The notes beneath the pieces were generated by a model. The model ran no database searches. It was not told the origin of the DNA and saw nothing but the letters and a program-made list of their open reading frames with translations. From the NCBI GenBank assembly GCA_964549685.1, contig CAZJVE010000001.1, positions 1-64,000 on the forward strand: a DNA stretch of 64,000 bases, written 5' to 3'. Both the position numbers and the translations under genes were made by a program. Origin of the DNA: an uncultured archaeon. Its GTDB lineage: Archaea > Altiarchaeota > Altiarchaeia > IMC4 > QMZM01. Below are positions 10,296 through 20,306 of this stretch, in pieces; the first letter of the stretch is position 1, and the number at the start of each line of letters is the position of its first letter.

Positions 10296-10994
10296 ATGGA
10301 CATCAAGAAGGAGATTAAGGGCCTGGTCAGGGACCTGGTGGAGGTCGTTGTTACATTGGCAATAATTCTAATCGTTTCAAAGCTTATCTTTGGCGCCAAT
10401 ATGTTGGTGCCACTGGTTGCGGTAACGTCCAACAGCATGCTGCATGTTAATGAGGGATGGAGCACATGGCTCAATGCAGAGGGGGTTCCGTCAGATTCCT
10501 TCCCGCTGCAGAACGGATTTTCACAGGGAGATATGATTCTCACGGTAACCCCGAATGGGGAGGGGACGATAGTACCGATATTCTCTGACACGCAGCTTGG
10601 CGACGTTGTTATCTATAACAGGGATTTCCTGCACCGGGGCAACGAGCCGATAATCCACAGGGTGGTGGGGGTGGTGAACGTTGCTGGCTATGAGGTGAGT
10701 GGGATTGAGGGAACCCTGGATTGCCTTACTGAAGAGGAATTCAATAGTGATTATATAAAATCAATAAAGAATTGCCAGGCCGGTAAAGAGTGCCCATATA
10801 ATGAATTTCCAGAGAGCGGAGATTTCAGGTTCTACGTAACCAAAGGCGACAACAACCACGGAACGGACCAGTGCGGCCCGGGCAATGGGATAGCCCTTCC
10901 GGTTCCTGAATCGCAGCTGACTGCGAGGGGGTGGATAAGGATTCCGTACGTGGGCTGGCTGAAGCTGGGGCTGAATTCTATCCTTGGATTCTAA
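10296..10994 (+). CDS. Signal peptidase I (Sec11-type) with Cys-containing insertion
   Basis: N-terminal TM, VTSNSM catalytic Ser, IIHRVV, TKGDNN, IPYVGW. Confidence 0.85.
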   Translation: MDIKKEIKGLVRDLVEVVVTLAIILIVSKLIFGANMLVPLVAVTSNSMLHVNEGWSTWLNAEGVPSDSFPLQNGFSQGDMILTVTPNGEGTIVPIFSDTQLGDVVIYNRDFLHRGNEPIIHRVVGVVNVAGYEVSGIEGTLDCLTEEEFNSDYIKSIKNCQAGKECPYNEFPESGDFRFYVTKGDNNHGTDQCGPGNGIALPVPESQLTARGWIRIPYVGWLKLGLNSILGF

Positions 10995-11986
10995 ATCTCC
11001 ATCATGCCACCCAGCATACTATCCAGAGCGTAACCGCCAAGGAAGAAGAGCCCTATTGCCAGTGCAAGCAGAATCGGCAGGAATTTGAACCCTGCTCTTT
11101 CATTGCCCTTCAGGATAAGGCCGATTATTATCGAGCCGAAAAATGAGGATACTGCGAGTGAGATTAGCGCGAACATCTGAATGAACTCCGGCGTTATCTG
11201 AACATCGGTCATGGATATCGGCATGTCCCCCACTTCAAGGGTTTCTGGCATCTCTGCCCCTATGACTGTCATGTTCTTAACCAGCATCTTGACAAGGAAG
11301 GCGGACATCGCAAAGAGTAGTGGGGCTCCAAAGGCTATGGCTATGAAAATGAATAGAACGTACATCAGAACGCTTGCCTGAATCTCCTTCTTTATTATCT
11401 GTTGATCCCTGATGTCTGCGGAAATCTGGTCCAGGAGGTCGGCAAGCTTTCCTCCTGATTTTACGCTATTGACCATGAGGTCTATGGTCTTTGCAAGAAC
11501 ATCGGATTTTATTTTCCGGGTGGTTCTCATCAGGGAATATTCAAAGCTCTTCCCTGCCATGAGCTCCCTTCCGATTCTCCTTATTTCATCGGCTAATGGA
11601 CCGAATTCAGGCCTTGCAGCCAGGAGAAGTGCCTTGTCTGTCGTCAGGCCTGCCCTTATGTTGGAGGCCATAAGCTGAAGGGCATCGGGGAGAACCGTCT
11701 CAACAAACCTGGTTTTTGAATCGACAGACATGAGGAGAAGGACGTAGAAGAGGCCCTCAACGAATAGGAAGGAGGGTATAATCGCCATGTATGCCGGAAG
11801 GATGCCGGTAGCGTGGGTGGTAAAGCTTATTATCAGGGCGAGAAGGAAGCCAAATATTATCATAAATCCGAGAAACCTGTTGGCCTCTATCTGTATGTTC
11901 GAATACATCAAATGCCCCCTTATTTTCTTCATCATCCCCCTGGGCATTAGCTTGCCTATCGTTCCATAGATGTCTGCTTTGGCCAT
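10991..11986 (-). CDS. Type IV pilus platform protein (TadC/T2SS-F family)
   Basis: LPDALQLMASNIRAG, GGKLADLL, multiple TMs. Confidence 0.88.
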   Translation of the reverse strand: MAKADIYGTIGKLMPRGMMKKIRGHLMYSNIQIEANRFLGFMIIFGFLLALIISFTTHATGILPAYMAIIPSFLFVEGLFYVLLLMSVDSKTRFVETVLPDALQLMASNIRAGLTTDKALLLAARPEFGPLADEIRRIGRELMAGKSFEYSLMRTTRKIKSDVLAKTIDLMVNSVKSGGKLADLLDQISADIRDQQIIKKEIQASVLMYVLFIFIAIAFGAPLLFAMSAFLVKMLVKNMTVIGAEMPETLEVGDMPISMTDVQITPEFIQMFALISLAVSSFFGSIIIGLILKGNERAGFKFLPILLALAIGLFFLGGYALDSMLGGMMEI

Positions 11987-11987
11987 C

Positions 11988-12887
11988 TCAGCTACCTAAA
12001 AGGTTTGGTCTCTTGGACTTTATTATGCTCATGAACATGAACTGCATGAAGACGACCCCTCCAAGAAGGACCCAGAAGGTCTGTTCCTTACCTACTTCTT
12101 CCATCCCGGGGAAGGTCGAGAGTATTATGAGAATGGTGATTCCGAGGGAGGGGGCGATTACCGCAACCATCATGTACATCATTGCAAGGGGGTTGAGAAT
12201 CGACTTATACTGCCTTATCTCGACCAGCTGCTCCTTGGAGAGGGCCTCAATCACGTTCTCCAGGTTGTCCCCAACGTCACTTCCCGACTTTAACGCATTG
12301 AGAAGCTGCCATATGGCCCTCCTGAAATGGATGGACGGGTTCCTTATCGTCAGTTCCTCAAGGCCGTCTATTACCGACTCCCCCGCTCTTGCTTTCTCAA
12401 TGACGGACCTGAATTCCTTGGATATTTCCCCGTAGTCCCCGGTAGCTATGGAAAGAAAGGTGTCGAATATCGGGATTCCGGCCCTTATCTGAACAAGAAG
12501 GGTTCTCAGGACGAAGAGGAGGTTCCTCTCTATGTTCTTTGTCCTTCTCCCCACTATAACCTTGGGGTATGAGACTAACTGCAGGTATGCAAAACCCGCC
12601 ACTATTATTCCGAAGAGGGGCCCATAGAAGAGCTCTGTTCCTCCCCCCAGGGACAGAGCCCCGGATATGGCAATGGCCGAGCCAATGAGGAGAAATATTG
12701 AGATGGTGAAGCATACGGAAAAATACTCCCTTACGGATACGTTATAGTCGTGCGATACCCCAGACTGCTGCAGGCTTATTGCGGTATAGGGTGACATCCT
12801 TGAGAGAATATCCTCTATGCCTATAAAGTACCTTGCTATCTTCCTCAGTTTGGTTGATTTGAGGAACGCTATCTTCTCCTTGGGCAT
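11988..12887 (-). CDS. Type IV pilus platform protein (TadB/T2SS-F family)
   Basis: IERNLLFVLRTLLVQIRAG, YGEISKEF, TMs; start placed at MPKEK just after the ATPase stop. Confidence 0.85.
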   Translation of the reverse strand: MPKEKIAFLKSTKLRKIARYFIGIEDILSRMSPYTAISLQQSGVSHDYNVSVREYFSVCFTISIFLLIGSAIAISGALSLGGGTELFYGPLFGIIVAGFAYLQLVSYPKVIVGRRTKNIERNLLFVLRTLLVQIRAGIPIFDTFLSIATGDYGEISKEFRSVIEKARAGESVIDGLEELTIRNPSIHFRRAIWQLLNALKSGSDVGDNLENVIEALSKEQLVEIRQYKSILNPLAMMYMMVAVIAPSLGITILIILSTFPGMEEVGKEQTFWVLLGGVVFMQFMFMSIIKSKRPNLLGS

Positions 12888-12888
12888 T

Positions 12889-14511
12889 TTATTCCAATAG
12901 TTGTTGGGGGTCGCCATTCTTGTTGACGACCTTTATCACGCTTTCCGTATCCACATAGTAGCGGTTGAATATCTTTCCGACGTCATCCACCTGCCGTATA
13001 TTGTTCTTCAGGAGCCATTCGAGGATTTTCTTCTTCATTCCTATCTCCTCCTGTATCTCCCTTACATCAAAGCCGGTGTGTGAGCCAATCTTCTCATAAA
13101 GGGCAATATCCTCGTGCTTTACAAGGAGGTCTACGGTGTCCCTCTTTGGGTTCCATTTGTATAGTAACTTTGGATCGAATCTCAGCTTCCTGTTCGCATC
13201 CAGTGTTGGAGTAAATTCTCCAACCTCATACGTTCTTCTTAACCCCTTTCTCCTGTCCCTGAACATCACGATGTTCAGATGGACCGAATCCAGCATGCTC
13301 TCAGGTATGTTGATTGGGGGGTTTGTCAGCCGGGTTATGGTCTGGGCGCATGTGTCGGCGTGCAGGGTTCCATAGACGGAGTGGCCTGTGTGCATTGCTT
13401 CGAAGAGAACCTCAGCCTCTCTCTGTTTCCTTATCTCTCCCATTATGATTCTGTCTGGCCTCATTCTGAGGGAGTTTACCACTAAGTCCAGCATGGAAAC
13501 CTCCCCCTTGCCCTCGGGGTTCGGCTCTCTTGTGGTTAGAGGGCACCAGTAGAGGAACTTGGGCAGCTGCAATTCCCTTGTGTCTTCAATCGAGATGATT
13601 CTGTGGCTCGGGGGGATGAAGGGCATGCATACATTAAGGAAGGACGTCTTTCCGGAGCCCGTTCCCCCGGATATCAGGATGTTCATCTCGTATTGTATCG
13701 CAAGCCATATAAGGGCGGAAACCTCGGAGCTGATGGTCTTGTTCTTGATGAAGTCCGTAACGGTCCACGGGTCTCTCGCGAATTTCCTTATGGTTATCGT
13801 ATTGCCCTTGGTTGAAATGGGCGTAAGAACTGCATTGACCCTGTCCTTTGTAACAAGGTGCGCGTCAAGAAGCGGGTTTAGAGATGTAATCTCCCTGCCG
13901 ACTCTCCGCCCTATGGTATTGGCATAGTTGACAATCTGCATCTCCGAATCAGGCGTGATGTTGGTCTGCAACCAGCCGTATTTTTTGTGATATATCCTTA
14001 TCGGCTCCTTTGCGGAGTTTATGACTATCTCCTCTATGTGCTCATCATCCAGAAGGAACTCTATATTGCCAAGTCCAAGCAACTCGTGAATCAGGTTCAC
14101 GATGAAATTCTCTTTTACAGCCTCGTCAAGGTCAGGGAGTTCCTCTGTAAGGAGGGTTCTTGCATTCTCTCTGAATTTTTCCTTTAGGTCTTCCATGAGC
14201 TTTGGGTCAAATGCCTCGGATGAGCTTATCTCCATTGCACTGATGAGCCTTTCCTTGACGTCATCCAGCAGTGCAGAGGTTGCAATATCCACGTCAGGGG
14301 TTACCAGCTGATAGTAGGGGATAAAGTCCTTCTCCCGGATGTTTACCTCCGTCGTTACGTTGTCTGATTCAGTATCATAGGTCTCTATTACCTTTCCCTC
14401 GTCTTCTTTGTCCTGGGATTCTTTTTCTTCCTTATCCTGAGGTTCTTTCTCCTTTTCTTTGTCCTTGGATTTTTCTTTGTCCTTGGGTTCTTTTTTTTCG
14501 GCCATTTTCAA
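12889..14511 (-). CDS. Type IV pilus assembly ATPase (VirB11/CpaF family)
   Basis: GGTGSGKT, IEDTREL, LRMRPDRIIMGEIR, TGHSVYGTLHA. Confidence 0.95.
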   Translation of the reverse strand: MKMAEKKEPKDKEKSKDKEKEKEPQDKEEKESQDKEDEGKVIETYDTESDNVTTEVNIREKDFIPYYQLVTPDVDIATSALLDDVKERLISAMEISSSEAFDPKLMEDLKEKFRENARTLLTEELPDLDEAVKENFIVNLIHELLGLGNIEFLLDDEHIEEIVINSAKEPIRIYHKKYGWLQTNITPDSEMQIVNYANTIGRRVGREITSLNPLLDAHLVTKDRVNAVLTPISTKGNTITIRKFARDPWTVTDFIKNKTISSEVSALIWLAIQYEMNILISGGTGSGKTSFLNVCMPFIPPSHRIISIEDTRELQLPKFLYWCPLTTREPNPEGKGEVSMLDLVVNSLRMRPDRIIMGEIRKQREAEVLFEAMHTGHSVYGTLHADTCAQTITRLTNPPINIPESMLDSVHLNIVMFRDRRKGLRRTYEVGEFTPTLDANRKLRFDPKLLYKWNPKRDTVDLLVKHEDIALYEKIGSHTGFDVREIQEEIGMKKKILEWLLKNNIRQVDDVGKIFNRYYVDTESVIKVVNKNGDPQQLLE

Positions 14512-15431
14512 GCTTTTTGGGTGAGCCTTATCTCAGGCTCCCCTATTGTGGGATAATGGAGCTCAACCAGATTGTGGTCCTCGAGGATTATGCACCATTC
14601 CTCAACCTGTGTTCTGCTAACGTTCAATCTCCTGGCAAGGCCATCGCTTATCTTCAGCTTGTTATACTTTCTCACGAGCTCAAATAGTTTGTCGATGGAT
14701 GTCTTTACGGCTCCCTTCTGGGCCTTGAACTTCTTCTTTTCCTCTTCCTTGCCGACCTTTGAGAATTTATCGGCTATCTTTTTATCCGTCTCCTGCCTTC
14801 TCCTTTTCAGCTCCTCCTTAATCTCAATCTTCTTCTTCAGGGCCTTTAAATCCACGCCCTCCATGCCCTTCAACGCCTTGGCAAGGCCCGAAATATTCGC
14901 TTTGACTCCCCTGGACTCCAGCTCCTTCTTGACCTGCGGTTCCATCAGCCTCTTCTCCATAATCTTCTTCTCCTCTCTTGAAAGCTTGGAAACCGGAACT
15001 CCGGCAGAGAGCCTGTCGATTATCCCAGGGCCCTTGTCCACGACCTTTTTCTCGCCTATCGATTTGACCTCCATTCCAAGGTGTTTTATATCGACAGGAG
15101 AGGAAAGGGTGGCCTCCTTGTTCTCTCTCTTTGTGGATTGCAGCTCTCCTCTGTTGAACTCATATATTTCAAGGCTGCCTACCGAGCCTATCAGTTTCTT
15201 CTGTATCATCTTAAGTGCAGCCTCCTTGAATATCACCTCCCTTTTGGTTATGTTCTCGAATGATGCGCTGACTATGTAGCCGTTGTCTATAAGCATGTCA
15301 GCCCTGTAGAATTTCCCGCCTACATCGCCAAGGAGCCGCATCACCCCCGTAAATTTTCCAAGCTTCCTGCAGAGCTTGTAGAAATCCTTACTGCTTTTCG
15401 GAACCAGGTGCTTCCCCTTTAGCAACTCCAT
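14508..15431 (-). CDS. Pilus-locus protein: N-terminal alpha/beta domain, charged linker, C-terminal winged helix
   Basis: C-terminal SIDKLFELV...LARRLNVSRTQVEEWCIILEDHNLVELHYP; coupled to the ATPase gene. Confidence 0.7.
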   Translation of the reverse strand: MELLKGKHLVPKSSKDFYKLCRKLGKFTGVMRLLGDVGGKFYRADMLIDNGYIVSASFENITKREVIFKEAALKMIQKKLIGSVGSLEIYEFNRGELQSTKRENKEATLSSPVDIKHLGMEVKSIGEKKVVDKGPGIIDRLSAGVPVSKLSREEKKIMEKRLMEPQVKKELESRGVKANISGLAKALKGMEGVDLKALKKKIEIKEELKRRRQETDKKIADKFSKVGKEEEKKKFKAQKGAVKTSIDKLFELVRKYNKLKISDGLARRLNVSRTQVEEWCIILEDHNLVELHYPTIGEPEIRLTQKA

Positions 15432-15473
15432 TCTATTAAGATTTATTGTTTTTTTTAGAGATATAATAGTTGG

Positions 15474-16931
15474 TTAGGCACATACGGTCAGATTGTGCAT
15501 CGAGAGATGCTGACAGTCCATCCTGAATTTGTTATCTCCACTAAGGCATACCCCGCACAGCTTATCCCCGGGGGAATTCCCCCAGTAGAGGTAGTCAATC
15601 CAGCTTGCCGTGTCATAGACCTCCAGCCCGTAGTACTCAATGCTATCGGGGTCTATCAGGGTTTCTATGCCTATCCAGGGATTCCCGAAGGTTGAGTTCG
15701 CCTGGTCCTTGTATTTCTGGGAGAGGTTGTAGTTGCCGTCCAGCCTGTCGAAGAATGATGGGCCATCCGGATACGGGGTCGAGCAGCTATCTGAGTAGGG
15801 GCTTGTATTGCTCACCCTGTAGCAAAGGGACATGGTCGTGAGGTTCCCGAGCCCCGTCCCGCTGCCGAGCCTGTGGATTGCTCCATCGTTCGTGAAGTAT
15901 ATGCAGTCCCCGTCGGAGATTCCGACGTCGCCGGTGCCCCATATCCACGGGATGGTTATGTCGCATTTCCCGATAAGGCTGTTGTTGGGCTCGTTCTTCT
16001 TGTAGTCCACGATTCCAGCAAAATGATAATCGTCCGATAGATTATAACAGTTGTCCCCCAACCCGTTGCAGTTTCCGAATGCTGTGTCTATGATAAGAAT
16101 CTGATCGTTTAGGTCCTCGCCCTCGTCGGAGCAGTAGGTCGAGTTTCCTTTTATGGTCGAGAACAGGACGGCTATTCCCGTTGCGTTCCCGTCCCCCAGC
16201 CAGTCCTCGCCACTCACATCTCCATAGGTTATATTCATATCTATGCTGCAGTTCTGGATATACTTCGTTATTCTTCCGAGTGTGTTCAATGGATATAGGG
16301 GGTCTTCAATCCCCACTATGGATGTATTTGACATGACCATGAGGGGGGTCTCCCTGTAAGAGCATGTTCCGGACTCGTCTATAATCCCCAGGTCGTTCCA
16401 TATGATTATCGCGAATTCCCAGGCGTTGATTGGAATGACAGATATATTAAGGAGAGTTATGTTGACGTCGAAGTGCGTCTCTCCTCCGTGCAGCTCCATC
16501 TTGTCAATCCATTCCCTCAGGGTGTGGTTCACCATGTAGGTAACGTTTGTGCTGTTCAGGGTCCCGCATGCTACAAGCTCCGCTATCGCGGCCTCGGAAC
16601 CATTTATGTTATAGGAAAATTCGTTGCAGTCTAAATCGCAGTTAATGCTGCAGTTGAAGGTGTAATTGGCAAGGGGTCTGTTGTCGACCGCCCAGCCCGT
16701 TGCATAGAGAGCTGCTCTTCTCCCGAAGATTACCACGGCCCTTTCCATGTCCCTCTCTATGTCCTCCACCAGATAATGGAGTTCGTCGCACCTTATTTTA
16801 GTGACCGAGTCCTCCCTCCGGGTATTCGAGGACTCCGTGTAGTAGGACAGGAGGAACAGTAACGGAATCAGCAGGATGAGTATCCCTATCGTGAACAGGA
16901 ATCCCTTCCGGTCTATTGTTTTGGGTCTCAT
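15474..16931 (-). CDS. Large pilin-like/adhesin protein with class III signal peptide
   Basis: RKG|FLFTIGILILL; many N-glycosylation sequons and Cys. Confidence 0.75.
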   Translation of the reverse strand: MRPKTIDRKGFLFTIGILILLIPLLFLLSYYTESSNTRREDSVTKIRCDELHYLVEDIERDMERAVVIFGRRAALYATGWAVDNRPLANYTFNCSINCDLDCNEFSYNINGSEAAIAELVACGTLNSTNVTYMVNHTLREWIDKMELHGGETHFDVNITLLNISVIPINAWEFAIIIWNDLGIIDESGTCSYRETPLMVMSNTSIVGIEDPLYPLNTLGRITKYIQNCSIDMNITYGDVSGEDWLGDGNATGIAVLFSTIKGNSTYCSDEGEDLNDQILIIDTAFGNCNGLGDNCYNLSDDYHFAGIVDYKKNEPNNSLIGKCDITIPWIWGTGDVGISDGDCIYFTNDGAIHRLGSGTGLGNLTTMSLCYRVSNTSPYSDSCSTPYPDGPSFFDRLDGNYNLSQKYKDQANSTFGNPWIGIETLIDPDSIEYYGLEVYDTASWIDYLYWGNSPGDKLCGVCLSGDNKFRMDCQHLSMHNLTVCA

Positions 16932-16937
16932 TTTTTG

Positions 16938-17558
16938 TTATAGTGCCCGTACCACCCCACACCTCATGTCGTCGTTCCAGAGGACCATGCACCTGTTCTC
17001 GATGCATTTGCATGTTCCGCAGCCGCAGTCCATGGTTCTTTGGCGGCAGTCTTCCGTGCATGCGGTTCCGGAACAGTCCTGCTCGAATTCCTTGTTTATG
17101 CATGAGTTTGGATGGCAGCACTGCTCAGGGACGCAGTCCGAATCCCACCTGCAGTAGTTTATGGAGAGCTTCGCCATGCACTCCCCGTAGTCATAGGTGT
17201 CATTCCATTCGCATTTTCCGTCTATGCAGGAGCACGTTGTTTTCTCGAGGCACTTATATTCGGGCTTCCATTCACTATCGTCTCTATATTCAAAGCCCTT
17301 TGGTGCGCAGGTCTGGTTGAAATTCCCGGTTATGATGCAATGGCTGTCCACTGCACATTCTCCCTTGATTGAGGTCGTGGTTACAGGAGCGGTAGTTGTG
17401 CTGGTCTCCGGAATGGTTGTGGTTTCAGGGATTGTCGTTGTGGTCGTGGTTATTAGGGGCATGTCTGGTTCCTGCTGACTGTAGAATAAAACCATCACTG
17501 CGCCAATTAATAGCAACGCCACTATCAATACCTTTGAGCCCTTTAGGTTCATTTTCAT
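16938..17558 (-). CDS. Membrane-anchored protein with Thr-rich linker and Cys-cluster domains (eight-cysteine-cluster-like)
   Basis: N-terminal TM, TTTTTTIPETTTIPET, ECAVDSHC...WKPEYKC..TCSCIDGKCEW; start overlaps the upstream stop. Confidence 0.75.
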   Translation of the reverse strand: MKMNLKGSKVLIVALLLIGAVMVLFYSQQEPDMPLITTTTTTIPETTTIPETSTTTAPVTTTSIKGECAVDSHCIITGNFNQTCAPKGFEYRDDSEWKPEYKCLEKTTCSCIDGKCEWNDTYDYGECMAKLSINYCRWDSDCVPEQCCHPNSCINKEFEQDCSGTACTEDCRQRTMDCGCGTCKCIENRCMVLWNDDMRCGVVRAL

Positions 17559-20305
17559 CACATCCACATTATTAGCTTGAAATTCGCCGGGCCCCATAAG
17601 GACCTGACTCCCCCCGACCTTGTGAAGGAGAATTCCAGCATGGTTGAATCGAATTTTATGTCAAGCTTCTCGTTTTCATTGGAATCCAATGAAACGAGTA
17701 ATCTGTATATCGCATCGTCTATTGCATCCAGGCTGTTATCAGTAACGTTTCCAACCCTATAAGAGCACTCCTCTGTCCCGGTGTAATTTCCTGGTACATT
17801 AACAGCTAGCTCGGAGTCATCCTCAAATTGGATATTCCATATGCAGCCCTCCCTTTCCGTGAAGACATCACCATAGCCGACACCGCTTTGCAACCTTATT
17901 GTATAGATTGCCCTGTTGTCTACAGAGCATCCTGCATCTATATCTGGGGAGTCCCCTGCCCTAACAGAGACAGTGTTGTCCGTCCCGGAGACCAGAAAGT
18001 CAGGAGGTATCTGAACGGTATAGGGGTCTCCAAGGATATGATAGTCGTTCCCAAGACTGGAATCCCTAAGTGAATATACAATATAGGAGCCCCCATCATT
18101 AACTACATCCACATAGTCTGTCCAGTGCTCCGCAGAGTATGAGGTGACTTTGGCATCGACTAGGGTAGCAACATCGGCTGTGAATAATGTTCCGGTGCAG
18201 TTCGTGAGGTTATTAAACCTCTCGGTGTCTTGGGTAAGGGTAATCTCACCATATATGGAGACATTCCCGACGGAGGCAGTATAATTAAAGCTGATATATG
18301 ATTCGGGATAGAGGATAGAGGACCCTAAAGTACCAGTTATCATAGCGGTCTGGGACCTATAGCTTACGTTCACTATCTCCTCGGCAATATCCGCATAAAT
18401 CTCATCCAGCATGCTCCTGTTGGTGCTTGCAAAGGAGGTGCCGTTCCCAGCCTCGGCTATGCCGCTAAGGGTTTGATTTGCTTCGGGGCAATCCGTAAGT
18501 ATGTCTGGCGTTATAAAGCCTACCGAATAGACTGTTGCATTTGTTTCATTATGGACTCTAGATGATTCCTCTATCGAATGAGTTATCGCATTATCGGATA
18601 TGAAATCTCCGCAAGTGGCAGTGGCGTCCTTGAACCAGCCATAGTCCTCCGCACATTCTTCGCAATAGGACCAGCAGCAACAGCAGCAATACCACTCGTG
18701 TCCGGGGGGGCCTCCGGAACGAGCGCATACACTGCTGCTCTGACAGCAGGATGTCGTATCATCTAAATCAACCGGATTGCACTGTTGATTAGGAATCCCG
18801 TCGGTCATTACAACGATGAATCCCTGCCTTGTGTTGTTGCTCTGTTCCTCCAGAAGAATCCTTGCTTCCCTTATTGCGGTACACGTGCCGGTTGGTCCGG
18901 AGGCGGTATATAGGTTTATCTGTGTTTCCAGTGAAACTGCATCATCGCTCAGGTCATGGTCTCTCCTGGCGTTCCCGGAATAACTGACCAGACCAATCCT
19001 GTTGCCTGAAGAATTCAGGATTCGATTCACGAATTCCTTGTCCAGGTCCTTGACCAGTTCCAGCCTCTGGGGGTTTTCCCCCTCGACTCCTGTGCAGCCT
19101 CCAGATGAACCGTCAAGGCACCGGCTCATGCTCCCGGAAAGGTCCGTAATCAGAACGACGTCGGCATTTCCGGTAACGTTTGCAAGGTAGGAAATTCCCT
19201 CGGTGCCCAGCCTTAGAAGATTAGTACTCTCACTAAGGCCATCATACTCGAGCATGGTAAGGTTTACATCATAGAGGTCTATTGTCTGGTTAGTGATGTC
19301 CCCATCGGAGTTAAATACCTCCTGGTCGTTTATATTCAGATAAGTAGTATAGTTGTTAAAGAATTTCAGATGTATTCTCATGGAGGTTAAATCTCCCGGG
19401 ACATAAAAGGAGGAGTATAGGTTTATCAAACCGTCAATGCCAGGGAACCAATGGGTTCCCGTTCCGTTATCTGTCGTGGTTTCCATCTCGGTTGTGTTGT
19501 AGGTAACGCTGATAAAGCCCCCACCCAGGTAATGCTCCGTTATATCATCACTAGTGAATCTAAGCTCAATGTCATTGTCTCCAGGTATAAAATAGTTATC
19601 CGGGGTAGATACGTATTCTTTGATATTCGCGCTCATGTTCCCACCAGATGGAGTGAAGGTATCTGTCGATACATCATTTACGTATAATTCAAATTCGCTG
19701 CCTGCCGCTACCTCGACATATGCACGGATTACTGTTTCCATGGATGCGGGTAACTCCAGGGTCCTTGTCAGGTTGCCCTGGCCAACAAAGCCCCCGAAAT
19801 AGATATAGGCAGAGGTCTCCTTTGCTCTTATGTTTGTAAGGAAGGACCTTGCAATATGGCCCACAGTAGGAAGGCCTGCCGCATAGCCGACAAGAAGTCT
19901 CGATGCATAGGTTTGTGTCAGGGAGTCAGATTCTCTGATTCTGTTTGATGTGTTGTCCAAATCGGAATCGTAGATGACTACGTCATCTATTGTAACTCTG
20001 TATCCTATGTTTGACGGAATAAGCTGCTCCATGTACTCCTTGGTTATGTTTGTGGCATTCTCAAAGTGAGTTGAATTGGTACTTCCGTTGGAGGTGGCCC
20101 ATTCGGTTCCGATATCGTCGAGAACCCCCTGCTTGTTAAGGACGTCGAGAATGTCCTCGGAGACGTAGTGCAGGTTCTTATAGGCAACGATGGATGTCTG
20201 GGACATCTTCGGCTGATAGAGGTGCACTATGAGCATGCCTATCAGCAGGATGAATGTCAGTGCCGCTATCGAGTCCAGCAGCATCGCGTATCCTTTTTTA
20301 TTCAT
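17558..20305 (-). CDS. vWA-domain pilus adhesin with class III signal peptide
   Basis: MNKKG|YAMLLDSIAAL; MIDAS DLSGSM and VMTDG; Cys-rich insert. Confidence 0.8.
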   Translation of the reverse strand: MNKKGYAMLLDSIAALTFILLIGMLIVHLYQPKMSQTSIVAYKNLHYVSEDILDVLNKQGVLDDIGTEWATSNGSTNSTHFENATNITKEYMEQLIPSNIGYRVTIDDVVIYDSDLDNTSNRIRESDSLTQTYASRLLVGYAAGLPTVGHIARSFLTNIRAKETSAYIYFGGFVGQGNLTRTLELPASMETVIRAYVEVAAGSEFELYVNDVSTDTFTPSGGNMSANIKEYVSTPDNYFIPGDNDIELRFTSDDITEHYLGGGFISVTYNTTEMETTTDNGTGTHWFPGIDGLINLYSSFYVPGDLTSMRIHLKFFNNYTTYLNINDQEVFNSDGDITNQTIDLYDVNLTMLEYDGLSESTNLLRLGTEGISYLANVTGNADVVLITDLSGSMSRCLDGSSGGCTGVEGENPQRLELVKDLDKEFVNRILNSSGNRIGLVSYSGNARRDHDLSDDAVSLETQINLYTASGPTGTCTAIREARILLEEQSNNTRQGFIVVMTDGIPNQQCNPVDLDDTTSCCQSSSVCARSGGPPGHEWYCCCCCWSYCEECAEDYGWFKDATATCGDFISDNAITHSIEESSRVHNETNATVYSVGFITPDILTDCPEANQTLSGIAEAGNGTSFASTNRSMLDEIYADIAEEIVNVSYRSQTAMITGTLGSSILYPESYISFNYTASVGNVSIYGEITLTQDTERFNNLTNCTGTLFTADVATLVDAKVTSYSAEHWTDYVDVVNDGGSYIVYSLRDSSLGNDYHILGDPYTVQIPPDFLVSGTDNTVSVRAGDSPDIDAGCSVDNRAIYTIRLQSGVGYGDVFTEREGCIWNIQFEDDSELAVNVPGNYTGTEECSYRVGNVTDNSLDAIDDAIYRLLVSLDSNENEKLDIKFDSTMLEFSFTRSGGVRSLWGPANFKLIMWM

Positions 20306-20306
20306 T

